Counted from the first letter of the stretch, positions 43,824 to 54,794 are shown. The stretch is 64,000 bases of DNA from an uncultured Acidimicrobiia bacterium (GCA_963812375.1 CAWEUW010000007.1:489791-553790), one strand, 5' to 3'. Numbers and translations are program-made. The notes: generated by a model from the letters alone, not told the origin.

Positions 43824-45851
43824 TCACACCGCGGCGAGGCGGCGGGCCCGCTCGACGATGCCGTCGACGTTGGGCATCACCATCTTCTCCAGCACCGTGG
43901 CGAAGGGGAAGGTGGGGACCTCGGGCGTGCAGTAGCGCTCCACCGGGGCGTCCAGCCATTCGAACGCCTTCGAGGCGATCTGGGCGGCCACCTCGGCGCC
44001 GAAACCGGCGAACTCGTTGTCCTCGTGGACGATGAGCACCTTGCCGTTGTGCTGCACCGCCGCCTCGATCGAAGGCCAGTCGAGCGGCCGGATGGAGCGG
44101 AGGTCGAGCACGTAGGCGTCGATCCCCTCCTCCTCGAGCCGCTCGGCGGCGAGGACCGCGTTGTACGCCATCGACCCGTAGGCGATCACCGTCACGTCAC
44201 CACCGACGCGACGCACCGCCGCCTGCCCGATGGGGACGACGTGCCTCCCCTCGGGGTACGGGCCCTTGGCCAGCCGGTAGAGCCGCTTGGGCTCGAGCAC
44301 CATCACCGGGTCGGGGTCCTCGACCGCCGCCCACAGCAGGCCCTTGGTGTCGGCCGGCGTCGACGGGATCACCACCTTGAGCCCGGGGATGTGGGCGTAG
44401 GTCGCCTCGATCGACTGGGAGTGGTAGAGAGCACCGGTGATGCCCCCGCCGTAGGGGACCCGGATCACCAGCGGGCAGTGCCACCGGCCGTTGGAGCGGT
44501 AGGAGATGCGGGCCGCCTCGGAGACGATCTGGTCGTAGCCGGGGTGGATGAAGTCGGCGAACTGGATCTCGGCGACCGGCCGGGCGCCGGCGGCGGCCAG
44601 CCCGATGCCCACGCCGACGATGAACGACTCCGCCAGCGGGGTGTTGAACGAGCGATCCTCACCGAACTTCTCGCCCAACCCCTGGGTGGCCTTGAACACG
44701 CCACCCTTCGGGTCGCCGACGTCCTCACCGAAGACATACGCGTCGGGCACCTGCTCCAGGATCTCGTGCAGGGTGCGATTGATGGCGGTGATCATGTTGA
44801 CCGTCTCGCCCTGCCCCTCCGGCTCCGGGGCGGTCACCGCGGTGTCCGGCTCGATCGGCCGGGCGTACACGTGGGTATAGGGGTCGGTCGGGTCGGGCTC
44901 GGTGGCGGCGTCCTTGGCGGCCGAGCTGACGTACTCGGTGATCTCGGTGTCGATGGCGGTCTCGGTGGCCTCGTCGAGCAGCCGGGACTCGACGAGGTAC
45001 TGGCGGAACCGGGTGATCGGGTCCTTGCGACGCCACAGGTCGACCTCCTCGGCAGACCGGTAGAGCTTGTCGTCGTCGTCCGACGTGTGGGCGTAGTACC
45101 GGTAGGTCATCGCCTCGACCAGGGTGGGGCCCTCGCCGTCACGGGCCCGCTGCACCGCCGCCGCCATCACGCCGTACACCGCCAGGATGTCGTTGCCGTC
45201 CACCTCGATGCCGGGCATGGCGTAGCCGGCGGCGCGGGCGGCGATCGACCCGGCGACCTCCATGGTGACCGGGACCGAGATGGCGTAGAGGTTGTTCTCC
45301 ACCAGGAAGATCATCGGGAGCTGATGGATTCCGGCGAAGTTCATCGCCTCGTGCCAGTCACCTTCCGAAGTGGCGCCCTCGCCCGACGAGACCATCACCA
45401 CGCCGCCCTGGCCGAGGTGCTTGAGCCGGTAGGCGATGCCGCAGGCGTGGGGGAACTGGGTGGCGATGACCGACGAGTGGGTGAAGATGTTGGCGTCGGG
45501 CTCGGACCAGTGGTTGGGCATCTGGCGCCCGCCGCTGGCCGGGTCGCCGGCCTTCGAGAAGACGCTGAGGAACATGTCCCTCGGGGTGACACCGGCGGCC
45601 AGGTTGAAGGCGACGTCCCGGTAGTAGGGCAGCGCCCAGTCCGTCCCGAGCTCGAGGGAGAAGGCGGTCCCCACCTGCACCGCCTCGTGGCCGGCGGCGG
45701 AGAGGACGAAGGGCACCCGTCCCTGGCGGTTGAGGGTCCACATCCGCTCGTCGACCCGCCGGGCGAGCAGCATCGCCCGGTACATCTCGATGGCCCGCTC
45801 GTCGCTCAGCCCCAGTGCCCGGTGGTCGCGCACGTTGTCGATCTCGAGCAT
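43824..45851 (-). CDS. 2-oxoacid dehydrogenase E1, fused alpha+beta (likely branched-chain)
   Basis: GHEA, PYYRD, GEGATSEG..N, AHTSDDD, FGEDV, NTPLAE, EIQFADF, HSQS. Confidence 0.92.
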   Translation of the reverse strand: MLEIDNVRDHRALGLSDERAIEMYRAMLLARRVDERMWTLNRQGRVPFVLSAAGHEAVQVGTAFSLELGTDWALPYYRDVAFNLAAGVTPRDMFLSVFSKAGDPASGGRQMPNHWSEPDANIFTHSSVIATQFPHACGIAYRLKHLGQGGVVMVSSGEGATSEGDWHEAMNFAGIHQLPMIFLVENNLYAISVPVTMEVAGSIAARAAGYAMPGIEVDGNDILAVYGVMAAAVQRARDGEGPTLVEAMTYRYYAHTSDDDDKLYRSAEEVDLWRRKDPITRFRQYLVESRLLDEATETAIDTEITEYVSSAAKDAATEPDPTDPYTHVYARPIEPDTAVTAPEPEGQGETVNMITAINRTLHEILEQVPDAYVFGEDVGDPKGGVFKATQGLGEKFGEDRSFNTPLAESFIVGVGIGLAAAGARPVAEIQFADFIHPGYDQIVSEAARISYRSNGRWHCPLVIRVPYGGGITGALYHSQSIEATYAHIPGLKVVIPSTPADTKGLLWAAVEDPDPVMVLEPKRLYRLAKGPYPEGRHVVPIGQAAVRRVGGDVTVIAYGSMAYNAVLAAERLEEEGIDAYVLDLRSIRPLDWPSIEAAVQHNGKVLIVHEDNEFAGFGAEVAAQIASKAFEWLDAPVERYCTPEVPTFPFATVLEKMVMPNVDGIVERARRLAAV

Positions 45852-45861
45852 CGGGCCTCCC

Positions 45862-46928
45862 TCAGTGGTACCCGTGGCGGAGCGGGCCGACCCCGGCCAT
45901 GCGCTCCTCGGCGACTTCCTCGGCGGCCCGGTGCGGGTTGATGCCTCGCCGTTGCGCCTCGTCCAGGACGGTGCCGACCGTGGTCTCGATCCGCTCGACG
46001 GCCACGGCGGCGGCGTCGGGCCGGTAGCCGTCGAAGCTGGAGGCGATGTCGATGATGCCCCCGGCGTTGACCACGAAGTCGGGGGCGTAGAGGATCCCCC
46101 GGGCGACCAGGCGGTCGGCGTCGGTCTCCTCGGCGAGCTGGTTGTTGGCCGAACCGACCACGGCGGCGCAGCTGAGGCGCGGGATGGTGTCGGCGTCGAG
46201 CGATCCGCCCATGGCGCATGGAGCGAAGATGTCGCACTCGACCTCGTAGATGTCGTCGAGCTCGACCACCTTCACCCTGTGCTCCATGGCGACGGCGTCG
46301 GTCGCCAGACTGGTTGACGTCGGCGACCACGATGTCGGCGCCGAGGCCGGCGAGCCGGGCGACCAGGTCGGAGCCGACCTTGCCGACACCCTGGACGGCG
46401 ACGGTCCGGCCGGAGAGGTCGGCGGAGCCCCACAGTCGATCGGCGACGGCGCGCATGGCGGCGACCACCCCTCGTGCCGTGGCCGGGGACGGGTCGCCGG
46501 AGCCGCCGTCCTCGAGCGGGAGGCCGGCCACCCAGCGGGTCTGGCGGCGGATCATCGCCATGTCGGCCGTCGTGGTTCCCACGTCCTCTGCGGTGATGTA
46601 GCGGCCGCCCAGGCTGTCGACCACGTCGCCGTAGGCGCGGAGCAGACGCTCGGTCTTGATCTCTCCCGGGGTCACCGATGATCACCGCCTTGCCGCCACC
46701 GAGATCGAGTCCGGCGGCGGCCGACTTGTAGGACATCCCCTTGGACAGCCGCAGCACGTCGACCAGCGCCGACTCCTCGTCGGGGTACGCAAAGAAGCGG
46801 GTCCCGCCGAGGGCGGGACCCAGAGAAGTCGAGTGGATGGCGATGATGCTGCGAAGCCCGGATACCCGGTCGTACCCGAAGAGCACCTCTTCGTGGGTGT
46901 CGAGTCCTATGGCGTCGAAAACGCCCAC
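45862..46928 (-). CDS. Leu/Val/Phe dehydrogenase, frameshifted
   Basis: [40 protein letters not shown]. Confidence 0.9.
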
Positions 46929-47016
46929 CGTGCCTCCCTCTCGGTCCCTGCGCCGCCGATTGTACCGGAGTGCGATGATGGGCACCCAGGCGAGGCCGTT
47001 GAGGGAGGAACGTTCG

Positions 47017-48469
47017 ATGATCGACCAGCTGCTCGCCCCCGACAAGAGGCGCCTGTTCGTGGGTGGCGATTGGTCACCGGCGTCTGCCGGCGGTGAGTTC
47101 GACGTCACCGACCCGTCCACCGCCGAGCCGTTCACCGAGGTGGCCAACGGCACCGTCGAGGACGCCCTGGCGGCGGTGGCGGCGGCGCACGACGCCCTGC
47201 CCGGTTGGGCGGCGACCTCGCCGCGGGAGCGGGGCGAGCTGCTGCGGCGGGTGTTCGGATTGATGATCGAGCGGCGCGAGGAGCTGGCGACGCTCATCAC
47301 GCTGGAGATGGGCAAGGCGCTGGGCGAGTCCCGCGGCGAGGTCACCTACGCCGCCGAGTTCCTCCGCTGGTTCTCCGAGGAGGCGGTGCGCAACCAGGGC
47401 CACCTGACGACGGCGCCGGCCGGGGACAAGCGGATCCTGTCGATCGGCCAGCCCATCGGGGTCTCGCTGATGGTGACCCCGTGGAACTTCCCGGCGGCGA
47501 TGCTCACCCGCAAGCTGGGGCCGGCGCTCGCCGCCGGGTGCACCGCCGTGGTGAAGCCGGCATCCGACACCCCGCTGACCGCTCTGGCGCTCGCCGGGTT
47601 GCTCGCCGAGGCCGGGCTGCCCGACGGGGTGGTCAACGTGGTCCCGTCGCGACGGTCGGGCGAGGTGGTGGGGGCGATGCTCGCCGACCACCGGGTGCGC
47701 AAGCTCTCCTTCACCGGTTCCACCGAAGTGGGGAGCCGGCTGCTCGAGCAGGCGGCCAAACGGATCGTGAGCTGCTCGATGGAGTTGGGGGGGAATGCCC
47801 CGTTCCTGGTGTTCGACGACGCCGACATCGAAGCCGCCGTCGCCGGGGCGATGGTCGCCAAGATGCGCAACGGCGGCCAGTCCTGCATCGCCGCCAATCG
47901 CTTCTACGTCCAGGAGGCGGTCGCTGCCGAGTTCACCGCCGCATTCGCCGCGGCGATGGCCGCCCAGGTGGTCGGCCCCGGTCTCGACCCCGACACCACC
48001 CTGGGCCCGATGATCAACGAGGCGGCCCAGTCCGACCTCGCCGAGTCGGTGGAGGATGATGACCGGCGACGGGGCGGAGGCGGTGACAGGAGGGAGCGCT
48101 CCTGACCGAGCCGGCTACTACTTCGAGCCAACGGTGCTCGGTTCGGTGCCCGCCGGGGAACAGGCGCTGCGGCGTGAGCTGTTCGGGCCGGTGGCGCCGG
48201 TGGTCACCTTCGCCACCGAGGAGGAAGCGATGGCCCTGGCCAACGACACGGTCCACGGGCTCGCCGCCTACCTCTATTCGGGCGACCTCTCCCGTGGCCT
48301 TCGTGTGGCCGAGGCACTCGAGTCGGGCATGGTCGGGGTCAACCGGGGACTGATCTCCGATCCCGCCGCCCCGTTCGGCGGGGTCAAGGAGTCCGGCATC
48401 GGGCGCGAGGGCGGCCACGAGGGCCTTCTCGAGTACCTCGAGGTCAAGTACATCGCCGCCGATTGGTGA
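47017..48469 (+). CDS. gabD: NAD(P)-dependent succinate-semialdehyde dehydrogenase (frameshift near 48055)
   Basis: [40 protein letters not shown]. Confidence 0.85.
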
Positions 48470-48550
48470 GGGCCGGCGCCGCAGTCGCCTCGGCAGATTG
48501 TGTCACACCCGCGCTGCATGATGACGGTCTACGTTGCCCAAGGAGGCCAG

Positions 48551-48998
48551 ATGTCGCTCGTAGACCCGGCACACGAGGCGCTGTATGCTCGGCTCGAGGA
48601 GGTCCTCGGTGCCGACCACGCCGCCACCCTCATGACCCACCTACCGCCCACTCCGGCCGGCCGCTTGGCCACGTTCGACGATATCGGCGTGCTGTCTCGG
48701 AGCGTCGACGACCGGTTCGCCTGGGTCGATCAGCGGTTCGACAGGGTCGACGAGCGGTTCGACAGGGTCGACGAGCGGTTCGAGGATGGACGAGCGGTTC
48801 GAGAGGGTGGACGAGCGGTTCGACCGGATGGACGAGCGGTTCGACAGGCTGGAGAAGCGCTTCGACAAGATGGACGACCGCTTCCACGACCTGCAGGGGG
48901 CGATGCGGGACCAGATGCGCTTCTACTCCGGTACCACCGTCGCCGCCATGACGGCGCTCACCGCGATGTTCTCCTTCGTGGTCGTCCTCATCACCTGA
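48551..48998 (+). CDS. Coiled-coil heptad-repeat protein with C-terminal hydrophobic helix (frameshift inside the repeat)
   Basis: AGGAGG RBS; LYARLEEVLG..AATLM.HLP; (V/M)DERFDR repeats. Confidence 0.75.
48704..48890 (+). repeat. Nine 21-bp coding tandem repeats (one unit is 19 bp)
   Basis: Consensus about GTCGACGAGCGGTTCGACAGG. Confidence 0.9.
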
Positions 48999-49005
48999 CC
49001 TGCCG

Positions 49006-49395
49006 TCAGCGAGGGCTCATGGTCGGCAGGCCGACGTCCCGGGCGGCATCGATCAGACGAATGTCGTAGGTGACGAGCGCATCGAGGTCGGCGCCGACCG
49101 CCATGGCCGATGCCAGGTGGATGGCGTCGAGCGATCGCACCGACGGCGATGGCAGGGTGGCGGCGAGATCCAGCGTCGTCCGGTCCACCGCGATCTCGCC
49201 CACGGCGGCGAGCACCTGCCGGGCATGGGCGACGTGTTCGGAGTCGATGCGAGCGGCCGCCCGGATCAACTCGGTCCGGGCGAGGGCGCTGGTGGCGACC
49301 CGACGGTCCGTCAGCCACTGGCGGAGGGCCGCCGTCTCACGCTCGGTCCGCACCAGCTTGGCGAGGGCCGAGGTGTCGAGGTAGGCGACGCTCAT
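49006..49395 (-). CDS. vapC: VapC PIN-domain toxin
   Basis: YLDTSALAKL, RTEL, RSLDAIHLASA, VTYD.RL. Confidence 0.92.
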   Translation of the reverse strand: MSVAYLDTSALAKLVRTERETAALRQWLTDRRVATSALARTELIRAAARIDSEHVAHARQVLAAVGEIAVDRTTLDLAATLPSPSVRSLDAIHLASAMAVGADLDALVTYDIRLIDAARDVGLPTMSPR

Positions 49396-49658
49396 CGCTC
49401 GTCACGGCGGAGGTCTTCCAGCGCCTCGCTCAGGATCGACGAACCATCGCCGGGTAGTGGATCGATGTCGGCGACCTCCGCGATGGGCAGGGTCAGGCGC
49501 CCGGACCCTGTCAAGTCATCCCAGCCGGCCTCTCGCAACGGGGACAGCAGGGCCACCGGGCGGCCACGATCGGTGACCGTGAACGTCTCACCTTCGGCGA
49601 CGAGGCGCAGCCAGCGACTGGCGTGCTGTCGCAGTTCGCGGATCCCGATCGATTTCAT
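49392..49658 (-). CDS. vapB: Phd/YefM-family antitoxin
   Basis: IGIRELRQHAS...VTDRGRPVA; overlaps the toxin start. Confidence 0.9.
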   Translation of the reverse strand: MKSIGIRELRQHASRWLRLVAEGETFTVTDRGRPVALLSPLREAGWDDLTGSGRLTLPIAEVADIDPLPGDGSSILSEALEDLRRDER

Positions 49659-49677
49659 GTGCTACGTAGTAGCACAT
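49657..49677. promoter_or_regulatory. TA autoregulatory operator
   Basis: ATGTGCTAC-gta-GTAGCACAT perfect palindrome overlapping the antitoxin start codon. Confidence 0.7.
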
Positions 49678-49767
49678 CAGGGTCGGTCATGCCAAGGTGG
49701 CAAGGTCGGTCGGCCGCCCGTCCGGGCGCCTACCATCGGCGATCGGACCGGACGAGGAGGGGCGCGC

Positions 49768-50055
49768 GTGGCCACCGAGGTGACCGACAACATCGCACAG
49801 GGCAGGTATGAGCTCCATGTCGACGGCGAACTCGCCGGCGTCGAGACGTACCGCATCTACCACGACACCATCACCTTCATCCACACCGAGGTGTTCGACG
49901 CCTTCAGCGGGCGCGGCCTCGCCTCGGACCTGATCAAGCATGTCCTCGACGACGCCAGGGTCCGTGGCCTGCGGGTCGTCCCCCGGTGCCCTCTGGTGGC
50001 CGCCTACATCGAGCGTCATCCCGAGTACCAGGATCTCGTCGACTCCGCCGCCTGA
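49768..50055 (+). CDS. Small GNAT (YjdJ-like) protein
   Basis: HTEV...GRGLAS...VVPRCP.V..YI.RHPEY. Confidence 0.85.
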   Translation: MATEVTDNIAQGRYELHVDGELAGVETYRIYHDTITFIHTEVFDAFSGRGLASDLIKHVLDDARVRGLRVVPRCPLVAAYIERHPEYQDLVDSAA

Positions 50056-50058
50056 CCG

Positions 50059-50952
50059 ATGCGTCCCGGGCCCACCGCCGAGGAGACCCACCGCTGGTAC
50101 CTCGATCTGCAGGGACGGCTCTGTGCCCGGCTCGAGGCGGTCGACGGGTCCGCCCACTTCTCCCACGACCGATGGGAGCGCCCCGGTGGCGGCGGTGGTG
50201 ACACCCGGGTCCTCCAGGGCGACGGGCCGGTGGAGAAGGCGGCGGTCAACGTGTCGGCGGTGTGGGGTGACACCCCGGCCGGGCTCGGCGAGCAGGTGGC
50301 GGCCCACAGCGACCGGTTCCACGCCACCGGCATCTCGGTGATCGTCCACCCGCGCAACCCCCATGCCCCGGCGTTCCACGCCAACCTGCGGCACTTCGTC
50401 ACCGACGTCGCCTCGTGGTTCGGTGGCGGGCTCGACCTGACGCCCTGCTACCTGTACCCGGAGGACGCCCGGCACTTCCACAGTGTCATCGCCGACGCTT
50501 GCGCCCGGCACTCCGTGGCCGACCACGCCGCCTGGAAGCAAGCCTGCGACGGCTACTTCCGGCTTCCCCACCGGGGCGAGGCGCGTGGCATCGGCGGGAT
50601 CTTCTTCGACCACCTCACCGAGGCGCCGCCGGAGGTGTGGGCCTTCCAACGGGACCTGGGCGACCACCTCGCCGATGCCTACGTGCCGATCCTGGAGCGA
50701 CGGATGGGCACGCCCTACGGCCCCGACGAGGAGCTGTGGCAGCTGAGACGCCGGGGTCGCTATGCCGAGTTCAACCTCGTGTGGGACCGGGGCACCAGGT
50801 TCGGGCTGGAGACCGGGGGCCGCACCGAGAGCATCCTCGCCTCGCTCCCACCGCGGGTGCGGTGGGACCACGGGACGATGACCACACCGGGGAGCGCCGA
50901 GGCCGAGCTCCTCGAGATGCTCACCGGCCCGCCACGGGATTGGCTCGCCTGA
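50059..50952 (+). CDS. hemF: Oxygen-dependent coproporphyrinogen III oxidase
   Basis: HPRNPHAP, WFGGGLDLTP, RGIGGIFFD, RRGRYAEFNL..DRGT.FGL, RTESIL. Confidence 0.95.
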   Translation: MRPGPTAEETHRWYLDLQGRLCARLEAVDGSAHFSHDRWERPGGGGGDTRVLQGDGPVEKAAVNVSAVWGDTPAGLGEQVAAHSDRFHATGISVIVHPRNPHAPAFHANLRHFVTDVASWFGGGLDLTPCYLYPEDARHFHSVIADACARHSVADHAAWKQACDGYFRLPHRGEARGIGGIFFDHLTEAPPEVWAFQRDLGDHLADAYVPILERRMGTPYGPDEELWQLRRRGRYAEFNLVWDRGTRFGLETGGRTESILASLPPRVRWDHGTMTTPGSAEAELLEMLTGPPRDWLA

Positions 50953-51024
50953 ATTCGGCGATCCGAGGAGAGCGCTTCCGACTGGCTGTCGAGCGGGTGG
51001 TTGGTAGCGTCGCCGTCCAGCCCC

Positions 51025-52230
51025 ATGCCCCAGCAGCCCGACCTGACGTCGATCAGCTACGCCTACCCGGGCGTCGGCGGCGATGCCCGCGCCGAGGTCG
51101 CCCGGCTGCTCGCCGTGGCACCGAAGGCGCCGCCGGGCACGTTCGTGCTGTCGACCTGCCTCCGCGCCGAGTTCCTGGTGCACGGGGATCGGGCCCGGCT
51201 CGACGACGTGCTCGGGCAGATGTTCGGTGAGGCGCCCGACATCGACGGCGCCGCCGTGAGGTGCGGCGGCGACGCCGCTACCCACCTCTTCCGGGTGGCC
51301 GCCGGGCTGGAGTCACCGGTTCGGGGCGAGATCGAGATCCTCACCCAGGTCCGCCACGCGGTGCGCCGGGCGAGCGACGATCCCGACACCGAGGGCACCT
51401 TCTCCAAGCTGCTCGAGGCGGCGGTGGCGTCGGGCCGGCTCGCCCGGGAGTCGTTCCCGTCGAGCCCCCACGACTCGCTCGCCGCCGTCGCCGCCCAGGT
51501 GGTGGGTGACCGGGAAGCGGTCGCCGTGTTCGGGAGCGGGGTGATGGCGGCGGCCGTGGTCGACGCTCTGGCGCAGTTGCCCGCCCCTCCCCGGGTCGCC
51601 GTGGTCGCCCGCAACCCGGGCGCACTCGCCCGGGCCGGGGTCGAGTCGTGGCCGTTCGACCGCGCTGCCGAGGCGCTGGCCCGGTTCCCGGCGGTGATCT
51701 CGGCGACCTCGGCCAAGCGGCGGCTCGTCCCCGAAGACGTGCTCGCCGCCGCCGTCGCCTCGCGGGTGACGCCGCTGGTGTTGGTCGACATGGCGATGCC
51801 ACCGGACTTCGCCCGCCCGGACATCGGTGCCGCCACCCGCTATGTCGACATCGACGACCTGGCGGCGATGGCGGGTCGGCGGCCCGTCGACGACGGGGCG
51901 GACGAGCTGGTGCTGAGGCGGGCCGAGGAGGCGTATACCCGGTTCATCCGTCACCACCGGGTCGCGCCGGTCATCGAGCGGATGGTGGCCGACGCCGACG
52001 ACGTGGTGGCCGAGGCGGTGGCCCGGTTCGCCGGCCGGCTGCGTGACGAGGAGGACGAGGCCGTGCTGCGCCAAGCCGCCCACACCGTTGCCCGGACGCT
52101 GATCGCCCGGCCGCTGGCCTACCTCAACGGACCCGGCCCAGGCCGAGAAGACGACGCGGTCGACGCCGTCGCCGAGGCGTTCGACGCCGGGGTCGCCGAG
52201 GCGTTCGACGCCGGTGCTCCGGATGGCTGA
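51025..52230 (+). CDS. hemA: Glutamyl-tRNA reductase (divergent)
   Basis: LSTCLRAE, HLFRVAAGLES, GEIEIL, DMAMPPD. Confidence 0.85.
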   Translation: MPQQPDLTSISYAYPGVGGDARAEVARLLAVAPKAPPGTFVLSTCLRAEFLVHGDRARLDDVLGQMFGEAPDIDGAAVRCGGDAATHLFRVAAGLESPVRGEIEILTQVRHAVRRASDDPDTEGTFSKLLEAAVASGRLARESFPSSPHDSLAAVAAQVVGDREAVAVFGSGVMAAAVVDALAQLPAPPRVAVVARNPGALARAGVESWPFDRAAEALARFPAVISATSAKRRLVPEDVLAAAVASRVTPLVLVDMAMPPDFARPDIGAATRYVDIDDLAAMAGRRPVDDGADELVLRRAEEAYTRFIRHHRVAPVIERMVADADDVVAEAVARFAGRLRDEEDEAVLRQAAHTVARTLIARPLAYLNGPGPGREDDAVDAVAEAFDAGVAEAFDAGAPDG

Positions 52231-53110
52231 CGTCCTCCTGGCCACGAGGGGATCGGCGCTGGCGATGGCGCAGGCCCACGCCGTCGCCGACGAGCTGGCG
52301 ACGCTTCATCCGGGGATCCAGGTCGAACTGGTGGTGGTCACCACCAGCGGCGACCTCGACCGGTCCAGCCCGGTCACCGAGCTGACCGAGCTGGGAGCGT
52401 TCGTACGGGCGGTGCAGCAGACCGTGCTCGACGGCGGTGCCGACGCCGCCGTCCATTCCTGCAAGGACCTGCCGGTGCGCGGCCCCGATGGCCTCGTCGC
52501 CGTCCACCCGGCCAGGCTCCCGGCTGAGGACGTGCTGTGCGGCGCCACCATGACCGGCCTGCCGGAAGGCGCCAAGGTGGGGACCGGCAGCCCCCGCCGG
52601 TCCGCGCAGCTGTCCTTGCTCCGCCCCGACCTGGTGGTCACCGGCATCCGCGGCAACGTCGACAGCCGGCTCGCCAGGGTCGACGACGGTGACTTCGACG
52701 CGGTGGTGCTCGCCGAGGCCGGGCTGCTTCGGCTCGGCCGGCTCGACGCCGTCGGCCACCGGTTCTCCTTGGACGAGATGGTCCCGGCGCCGGCGCAGGG
52801 TGCCCTGGCGGTGGAGTACGCCGCCGACGGGCCGGCGGGCTCGCTGCTGGCCGCCCTCGACGACCCGATCACCCGTCGCGCCGTCGTGGTGGAGCGCGCC
52901 GTGCTCGGCCTCACCAGGCTGGGATGCCGCGGGGCGCTCGGTGCCAACGCCACGCCGAGGCCTGACCGGTCGGTGGAGCTCACCGGTTTCGTCGAGGACG
53001 GGGTGGGCAGGCGCCGTGCTCGCGTCGTCTCCTCGGATACCGATGCGCCTGCCGCCCTGTGCGAAGCGCTCGGGATCCCGCTCGAAGAGCCGGCTCTGGA
53101 GGCATCATGA
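52223..53110 (+). CDS. hemC: Hydroxymethylbilane synthase
   Basis: ATRGSALA, TSGD, VHSCKDLP, GTGSPRR, IRGNVDSR, PAPAQGAL. Confidence 0.95.
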   Translation: MADVLLATRGSALAMAQAHAVADELATLHPGIQVELVVVTTSGDLDRSSPVTELTELGAFVRAVQQTVLDGGADAAVHSCKDLPVRGPDGLVAVHPARLPAEDVLCGATMTGLPEGAKVGTGSPRRSAQLSLLRPDLVVTGIRGNVDSRLARVDDGDFDAVVLAEAGLLRLGRLDAVGHRFSLDEMVPAPAQGALAVEYAADGPAGSLLAALDDPITRRAVVVERAVLGLTRLGCRGALGANATPRPDRSVELTGFVEDGVGRRRARVVSSDTDAPAALCEALGIPLEEPALEAS

Positions 53111-53817
53111 CCGGCCCGTGGCGGATCGCCGTCACCACCGCCGCCGACGCCACCGACCGGCTCGCCGGTCTCCTCGCCGCCTCCGGGCTCGTCCCGGTGG
53201 TGCTTCCCTGCATCCGCATCGAGCCGGGCGCCCCCGAGGCCGTTGACCGCATCCGCTCGACCGCCTCCGGTGCCGACTGGGTGCTGGCCACCTCGGGCCG
53301 GGCGCTGCGGGCCGTCTGGCCGGAGGGGATGGCGGCGACGCCCCCGGTGGCCGCGGTCGGCGACGCCACCGCCGAGATCGCCACCGCCCTTGGGGCCACC
53401 GTCGGGCTGGTCGGCCGGGGCACCGCGGTCGACCTCGCCAGGGCCCTCGCCCCCGACATCTCCGGGGCGGTCGTGGTGCACCCGGTAGCCGGCGGCGCCG
53501 ACCGCGATGCTGAAGCGGTTCTCGCCGAGGCCGGTGCCGTGATGGTCGTCGAGGTCGCCTATACGGCTGTCCCGGTCCGCCCCGGCCCTGACCGGGTCGA
53601 CGGCGCCGTGTTCGGGTCCCCGTCCGCGGTGTCCGGGTGGCTGTCGGCTCGGACACTCGACGAGCTCGCCGTGGTGGCGGCGATGGGGCCGACCACGGCC
53701 GCCTCCCTCGAACACGCCGGTCGATCAGCCGACATCGTCCCCGACCCACCACGCCTCGACTCGATCGTCGCCGCCCTTGCCACCGCGGCCACGATGGAAA
53801 GGACACCATCCCCATGA
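53107..53817 (+). CDS. hemD: Uroporphyrinogen III synthase
   Basis: Position in operon; [24 protein letters not shown]. Confidence 0.85.
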   Translation: MTGPWRIAVTTAADATDRLAGLLAASGLVPVVLPCIRIEPGAPEAVDRIRSTASGADWVLATSGRALRAVWPEGMAATPPVAAVGDATAEIATALGATVGLVGRGTAVDLARALAPDISGAVVVHPVAGGADRDAEAVLAEAGAVMVVEVAYTAVPVRPGPDRVDGAVFGSPSAVSGWLSARTLDELAVVAAMGPTTAASLEHAGRSADIVPDPPRLDSIVAALATAATMERTPSP

Positions 53818-54794
53818 GCACTTTCCCGACCGCCCGGGAGCGGCGGCTCCGTCGCACACCGCGCTTGCGGCGAGCCGTCGCCGACACGCGGCTCCACCCG
53901 GCGTCCTTCGTGCTGCCCGTCTTCGTGGTGCCTGGGTCGGGGGTGGAGCGGCCGATCGGGGCGATGCCGGGGCACGCCCAGCTCTCCTCCGACCGGGCCG
54001 CCGCCCTGGCCAAGGAGGCCGAGGCCACCGGGGTGGGAGGGGTGATCCTCTTCGGTATCCCGGCCACCAAGGACGAGACCGGGTCGGCCGCCTGGGATCC
54101 CGCCGGTCCGGTGCCCGAGGCCATCCGGGCGATCAGGGAGGCCGCCCCCGAGTTGGTGGTGTGGGCTGACGTCTGCCTGTGCGAGTACACCAGCCACGGC
54201 CACTGCGGCGTTCTCGACGGCGACCGGGTCGACAACGACGCCACCCTGCCGCTGCTGGCCCGGGCGGCCACGGCATACGCCGAGGCCGGCGCCGATGTCA
54301 TCGCCCCTTCGGACATGATGGACGGGCGTGTCGGGGCGATCCGGTCGGCGCTCGACGCCGCCGGCCACAGCGAGCTGGCCATCTGCTCGTACTCGGCCAA
54401 GTACGCCAGCGGCTACTACGGGCCGTTCCGCGAGGCGGCGGAGTCCACCCCGGCGTTCGGCGACCGGCGTACCCACCAGATGGACCCCGCCAACGCCCGG
54501 CAGGCGCTGGTCGAAGTGCGTCGCGACATCGACGAGGGCGCCGACATGGTGATGGTCAAGCCGGCGGGGCCGTACCTCGACGTGATCGCCGCGGTGCGCG
54601 CCGCCGTCGACGTACCCGTCGCCGCCTACCAGGTGTCCGGTGAGTTCTCCACGATCGAGGCCGCCGCCGCCAACGGGTGGGTCGACGGGGAGCGGCTGAT
54701 GATGGAGTCGCTCACCGGCATCGCCCGCGCCGGGGCCGGGATCATCCTCACCTATTTCGCCGTCCGGGCGGCTCGCCTGCTGGAACGGCAGTGA
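53814..54794 (+). CDS. hemB: Porphobilinogen synthase
   Basis: [41 protein letters not shown]. Confidence 0.96.
   Translation: MSTFPTARERRLRRTPRLRRAVADTRLHPASFVLPVFVVPGSGVERPIGAMPGHAQLSSDRAAALAKEAEATGVGGVILFGIPATKDETGSAAWDPAGPVPEAIRAIREAAPELVVWADVCLCEYTSHGHCGVLDGDRVDNDATLPLLARAATAYAEAGADVIAPSDMMDGRVGAIRSALDAAGHSELAICSYSAKYASGYYGPFREAAESTPAFGDRRTHQMDPANARQALVEVRRDIDEGADMVMVKPAGPYLDVIAAVRAAVDVPVAAYQVSGEFSTIEAAAANGWVDGERLMMESLTGIARAGAGIILTYFAVRAARLLERQ

Noticed and set aside
48704-48890. 21-bp repeat array as a CRISPR
   Set aside because: Repeats are contiguous with no spacers, encode heptads in frame, and no cas genes are present.
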